The translations under genes and the position numbers were made by a program. Below, piece after piece: positions 22,209-25,591 of a stretch of DNA of 25,591 nt; the first letter of the stretch is position 1; the number at the start of each line of letters is the position of its first letter. The stretch covers positions 1 through 25,591 of the forward strand of contig JBDHJS010000048.1 in NCBI GenBank assembly GCA_039586795.1. Reading direction: 5' to 3'. The notes beneath the pieces are model-generated. The model ran no database searches. It was not told the origin of the DNA and saw only the letters and a program-made list of their open reading frames with translations. The stretch is from Gemmatimonadota bacterium. GTDB lineage: Bacteria; Gemmatimonadota; Gemmatimonadetes; Palauibacterales; KS3-K002.

Positions 22209-24839
22209 CTACTCCTCCGAAAGAGCGCGAACGGGATCAACCTTTGTCGCCCGGCGCGCCGGCCAGTAACACGCCACCAACGCGACGGCGATCAACGCGA
22301 TCGTTACGACGCCGAGAGTCATCGGGTCGGTGGGCGAGATCTGGAACAGCAGGCTATCCAGCCAGCGCGTCAGGAAAAGCGCGGCCGCGACGCCGGCGGC
22401 CAGTCCCAGCGCTGCCTGACCCATCCCCCGCCGCACGACCATCCGCCGCACCGACGATGCATCCGCGCCCAACGCCATGCGTACGCCGATGTCACGGGTC
22501 TGTCGACTGACGAAGTACGACAGCACGCCGTAGATCCCCACCGCGGCGAGGGTCACTCCGACCAAGGCGAAGATCCCGACCAGCGTCGCCCAGTAGCGCG
22601 GCCGGGCAACGGATGCAGACAACTGGTCGCTCAACATCTGCAGCTCAGTCACCGGCACCTCGGGATCCAGCACATCGAACTGCGCCCTGAGCTGTGCCGC
22701 GGTGGGCGGCGCGCCTTCGCTGCGCATGAACAGGTTTAGCGAGCGCCAGCCAGTCGAGGCGTATGACATATAGACCGCGCCATCATCCGCGCTGTCCAGC
22801 CCCAGGTACTTCACGTCGGTCACCACACCGACGACGGTCACCGGCGTCGTCCGGTTGCCGCCGGAATAGACTTGCCTGCCGATGACTTCTTCGCCGGGAT
22901 AGAATCGGTCCGCCCATCGCTCGCTTACGGCCACCACCGGCAGGTCGCCTGCCGCATCTGCTTCGTCGGGAAGTCGACCCCTAATGAGGCGAATGCCCAA
23001 CGCGTCGAGGAAGCCTGGCGACGCGAGGATCCAGGGAGCCACAGGCTGAGATGTGCCCTCCGGCACCGGCCGATCAACCAGGTCGAAGTTGTTGGTCATG
23101 CCGGGATTGTCCGGGGGCAAAGCCGAGCTGATCCCCACGGCGGCGATACCAGGAGCCGCCGCCAGCTCGGGAAGCGCGCGCTGCCAGTAGCGGGTGATGG
23201 CCGCCGCATCCGGATATCGGTTGGGCGGAAGCGTCACCCGTGCCGTGAGAACGCCTTCTGTTTCGATGCCGTGATCCACGCCGTTCAACCGTTCGAGACT
23301 GGCGAACAGGAGCGCGGCGCCGGCAAGCAACGGGAGCGCGAGTGCGAACTCGGCAGTGACCAACGCGCCCCGCAGCGTCCTCGATCGCTTCCCTTCCGAT
23401 CCGGCGCGGGCGCCGCTGCGCAACGGCGTCGCAAGATCCTTCGCTGTCCCGTGCGCCAGGGGCGCCAGGCCGAACAGCACTCCGCTGATCAGCGTGGTCG
23501 CAGCGGCGAAGCTAAGGGCTCTCACGTCGACGCCTACTTCTTCGATTCGCGGCAGTTGCGGTCCCAAGCTGAGCAGTGCATCGAGCGCCACGCCGGCCAG
23601 CACCAGCCCGACCACCCCACCGAGGATCGCCAGCGTCGTGCTCTCGACCAGTAGTTGCCGAACCAGACGGCCGCGCGTCGCTCCCATCGACGTGCGCACC
23701 GCCACTTCCCGCTCCCGCGCCGTGGCCCGGGCCAGCTGTAGGTTCGCGACGTTCGCCACAGCGATCAGCAAGACGAAACCGACGGCGCCCAGCAGAAGCA
23801 GAAGCTCGTTGCCGACGTTCCCGATCATCCGCTCTTGAAGTGAGAACGGCGTCAGGCGCGCCTCGCTGTCCTGAAACGTCTCGGCCCATAGCGGAAAGAT
23901 CCGCTCGCTTATCCCAGCGAGATCTTGAGCCGCGTCCTGCATGGTGACACCATTCGCCAGGCGGCCGATCGTCTGAATGAAGAACGGCCCACGCCGACTC
24001 GGTGTCTGCAGCTCAAGAGCGGGCCAGACTTCGGCGCGCCAGCCCGCCACCGACCCGAGGCCCGGCGGCAGCACGCCCACTACCACGAAGTCCACGCCGT
24101 CCAGCGTGATCGTCCGCCCAACGGCATCGGCGTCACGTCCAAAATGCCGCTCGCGAAACGTGTGGCTGATCACCGCTACCGGCTCGGCGCCGGGGCTGTC
24201 CTCGCCGGCTCGAAAGCCCCGACCCTCCGCCGGCTGAATGCCGAGGGTATTGAACCAATCGGCCGTTACGTAGCCGACTCTAATACGCTCGGGTTGGTCT
24301 CCCCCGGTGAGGATCGCCCGCCCACGATTGAGTCCTGCCAGATGATCGAACGATCGCTGCTGCGCCTCGATCGCCTGATAATCGACGACCGACAGCGGCC
24401 ACTGATTCGTCGGGCTGTTCTTCTGTAATACCTGAACCAACCGATCCGGCTCGGCATAGGGCAACGGCTTCAACAGAACCCCATCGACCACGCTGAAGAT
24501 CGCCGTCGTCGCTCCGATGCCCAGCGCCAGCGTGAGCATCGTCACGGCCGTGAAGCCCGGGTTCTTCCTCAGCATACGCAGCGCGAAGCGAAGATCCTGA
24601 CCCAGATCAACCAGCAAGCGGATTCCCCGCGCGTCCCTGCCCTCTTCTTTGTGACGCTCCACGCCGCCGAACCGGAGAAACGCTTGGCGTCGCGCCTCTT
24701 CAGGGCTCATGCCTCGCCGCTTCAACTCCTCGATTTCCATCTCTACATGAAAGCGCATCTCCTCGTCCATCTCCCGCTCGATCCGCGAGCGGTTGAACAG
24801 GACGCGAGCGCGACGCTTCAGTGTCTCGAACCATTCCAT
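22209..24839 (-). CDS. ADOP-type duplicated MacB/FtsX-like ABC permease
   Basis: Permease prefix ([12 protein letters not shown]...EARRQA...FGG..R.KE..RD), LRKNPGFT...[13 protein letters not shown], two MacB periplasmic + FtsX halves and [14 protein letters not shown] end; directly downstream of PadR. Confidence 0.95.
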   Translation of the reverse strand: MEWFETLKRRARVLFNRSRIEREMDEEMRFHVEMEIEELKRRGMSPEEARRQAFLRFGGVERHKEEGRDARGIRLLVDLGQDLRFALRMLRKNPGFTAVTMLTLALGIGATTAIFSVVDGVLLKPLPYAEPDRLVQVLQKNSPTNQWPLSVVDYQAIEAQQRSFDHLAGLNRGRAILTGGDQPERIRVGYVTADWFNTLGIQPAEGRGFRAGEDSPGAEPVAVISHTFRERHFGRDADAVGRTITLDGVDFVVVGVLPPGLGSVAGWRAEVWPALELQTPSRRGPFFIQTIGRLANGVTMQDAAQDLAGISERIFPLWAETFQDSEARLTPFSLQERMIGNVGNELLLLLGAVGFVLLIAVANVANLQLARATAREREVAVRTSMGATRGRLVRQLLVESTTLAILGGVVGLVLAGVALDALLSLGPQLPRIEEVGVDVRALSFAAATTLISGVLFGLAPLAHGTAKDLATPLRSGARAGSEGKRSRTLRGALVTAEFALALPLLAGAALLFASLERLNGVDHGIETEGVLTARVTLPPNRYPDAAAITRYWQRALPELAAAPGIAAVGISSALPPDNPGMTNNFDLVDRPVPEGTSQPVAPWILASPGFLDALGIRLIRGRLPDEADAAGDLPVVAVSERWADRFYPGEEVIGRQVYSGGNRTTPVTVVGVVTDVKYLGLDSADDGAVYMSYASTGWRSLNLFMRSEGAPPTAAQLRAQFDVLDPEVPVTELQMLSDQLSASVARPRYWATLVGIFALVGVTLAAVGIYGVLSYFVSRQTRDIGVRMALGADASSVRRMVVRRGMGQAALGLAAGVAAALFLTRWLDSLLFQISPTDPMTLGVVTIALIAVALVACYWPARRATKVDPVRALSEE

Positions 24840-24857
24840 CGCACTGCGCTCCTTCGA

Positions 24858-25190
24858 CTAGCCCGACTCGAGTATCAGTTCGACCGCTTGTGAAAAGCGC
24901 CTCCATGAGCTGCGCTCTTCCCGAAGCGCTTTCTTGCCGCCGGCGGTCAGCGTGTAGAACTTCGCTCGCCGACCCTCCGGCGAGATCCCCCACTCCGCCT
25001 CGATCAGGCCCCGGTCTTCCAGCCTATAGAGCGCCGGATACAGCGAGCCCTGGTTGACCTCCAGCACGCCTTCCGAGTTCTGCTGGATGCGTTTCGAGAT
25101 CCCCCACCCGTGGAGCTTGCCCAGGGCGAGAGTCTTGAGGATCAGCAGATCCAGCGTGCCCTGGAGCAGATCGGCTTTCGAGCGTGCCAC
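24858..25190 (-). CDS. PadR family transcriptional regulator (acidobacterial, ADOP-associated type)
   Basis: LLQGTLDLLILKTL...HGWGI...GSLYPALYRLE...RRAKFYTLT..G; GTG start with a GGAGG RBS. Confidence 0.95.
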   Translation of the reverse strand: MARSKADLLQGTLDLLILKTLALGKLHGWGISKRIQQNSEGVLEVNQGSLYPALYRLEDRGLIEAEWGISPEGRRAKFYTLTAGGKKALREERSSWRRFSQAVELILESG

Positions 25191-25214
25191 GATGACCTCC
25201 GTTCGCGGTGATAC

Positions 25215-25258
25215 CTAGACTGTCGACAATAATGCCAGGCTTGTTGTCGAATGTCAAG
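25215..25258 (-). promoter_or_regulatory. PadR-ADOP promoter overlapped by an inverted repeat (candidate PadR operator)
   Basis: Minus strand TTGACA (25257-25252), 17-nt spacer, CATTAT (25234-25229). Arms CTAGACTGTCGACAATAA and TTGTTGTCGAATGTCAAG are 14/18 complementary. Confidence 0.65.
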
Positions 25259-25285
25259 GTATCGATACGGCGGGACTTTCGTCGG

Positions 25286-25591
25286 TCAAGAAAGCTCCGG
25301 CTCGATATCCACCTCTATCTTACGCCACTTCTGCTGATGGAACCGGGTCACGCTCAACAGGCAGCGCGTCGCGTGACCCAGCAGAATGGCCAGCCAGATG
25401 TCCGCCGGCTCGAGACCGCGGGTCGCCTGGAGCACGGCGCAGAGGCCGAGGGGAATGATGATCTGCGACACGATGGAGATGTAGAGCGGACTCTTCGTGT
25501 CACCCGTACCTTGCAGGCCCCCTGTATACGTGAGCGCCACGGTGATGAACAGCCCGGAGATACTGAGGTAGCGGAGCAGTTGCTTGCCGAT
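25286..25591 (-). CDS. MATE family efflux transporter, C-terminal part (truncated by window end)
   Basis: Frame is open to the window edge: IGKQLLRYLSISGLFITVALTYTGGLQGTGDTKSPLYISI...IWLAI...F.Q.KW. GxGDTK is the MATE repeat motif. Confidence 0.88.
   Translation of the reverse strand: MGKQLLRYLSISGLFITVALTYTGGLQGTGDTKSPLYISIVSQIIIPLGLCAVLQATRGLEPADIWLAILLGHATRCLLSVTRFHQQKWRKIEVDIEPELS

Noticed and set aside
1..25591. CRISPR arrays, tRNA/rRNA, transposases, integrases, prophage genes
   Set aside because: No regularly spaced repeats, cloverleaf structures, or recombinase or phage motifs were seen.

Overview
GC-rich bacterial window with no mobile element, CRISPR array, rRNA or tRNA that I can support. 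The gene families present (BTAD-3TM-TPR receptor, PadR/ADOP permease pair, S10 peptidase, several lipoproteins) suggest Gemmatimonadota or Acidobacteriota, by inference only. Left to right: the 3' end of a small gene; an S10 peptidase; a membrane-anchored SARP/BTAD regulator divergent from a Cys-rich lipoprotein; a 7-gene V/A-type ATPase operon in the order B-D-I-K-E-C(DUF2764)-A; a secreted Ig-like lipoprotein; a hemerythrin; a serine hydrolase; a membrane protein; a NapC/NirT-type tetraheme cytochrome coupled to a membrane cNMP-binding protein; a divergent receiver-thioredoxin-reductase-like fusion; an EEP lipoprotein; ADOP permease, PadR and the 3' end of a MATE transporter. The best leads are: (1) a candidate one-component transmembrane SARP signalling module, with 11/22-bp-phased heptamer repeats in the promoter of the divergent lipoprotein; (2) an orphan tetraheme cytochrome plus 2-TM cNMP-binding protein pair facing an atypical REC-TrxB lacking CxxC; (3) a circularly permuted V/A-ATPase operon with a Na+-type rotor; and (4) several structured or shared leader motifs. 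All family calls come from motif recognition by eye, with no database searches.
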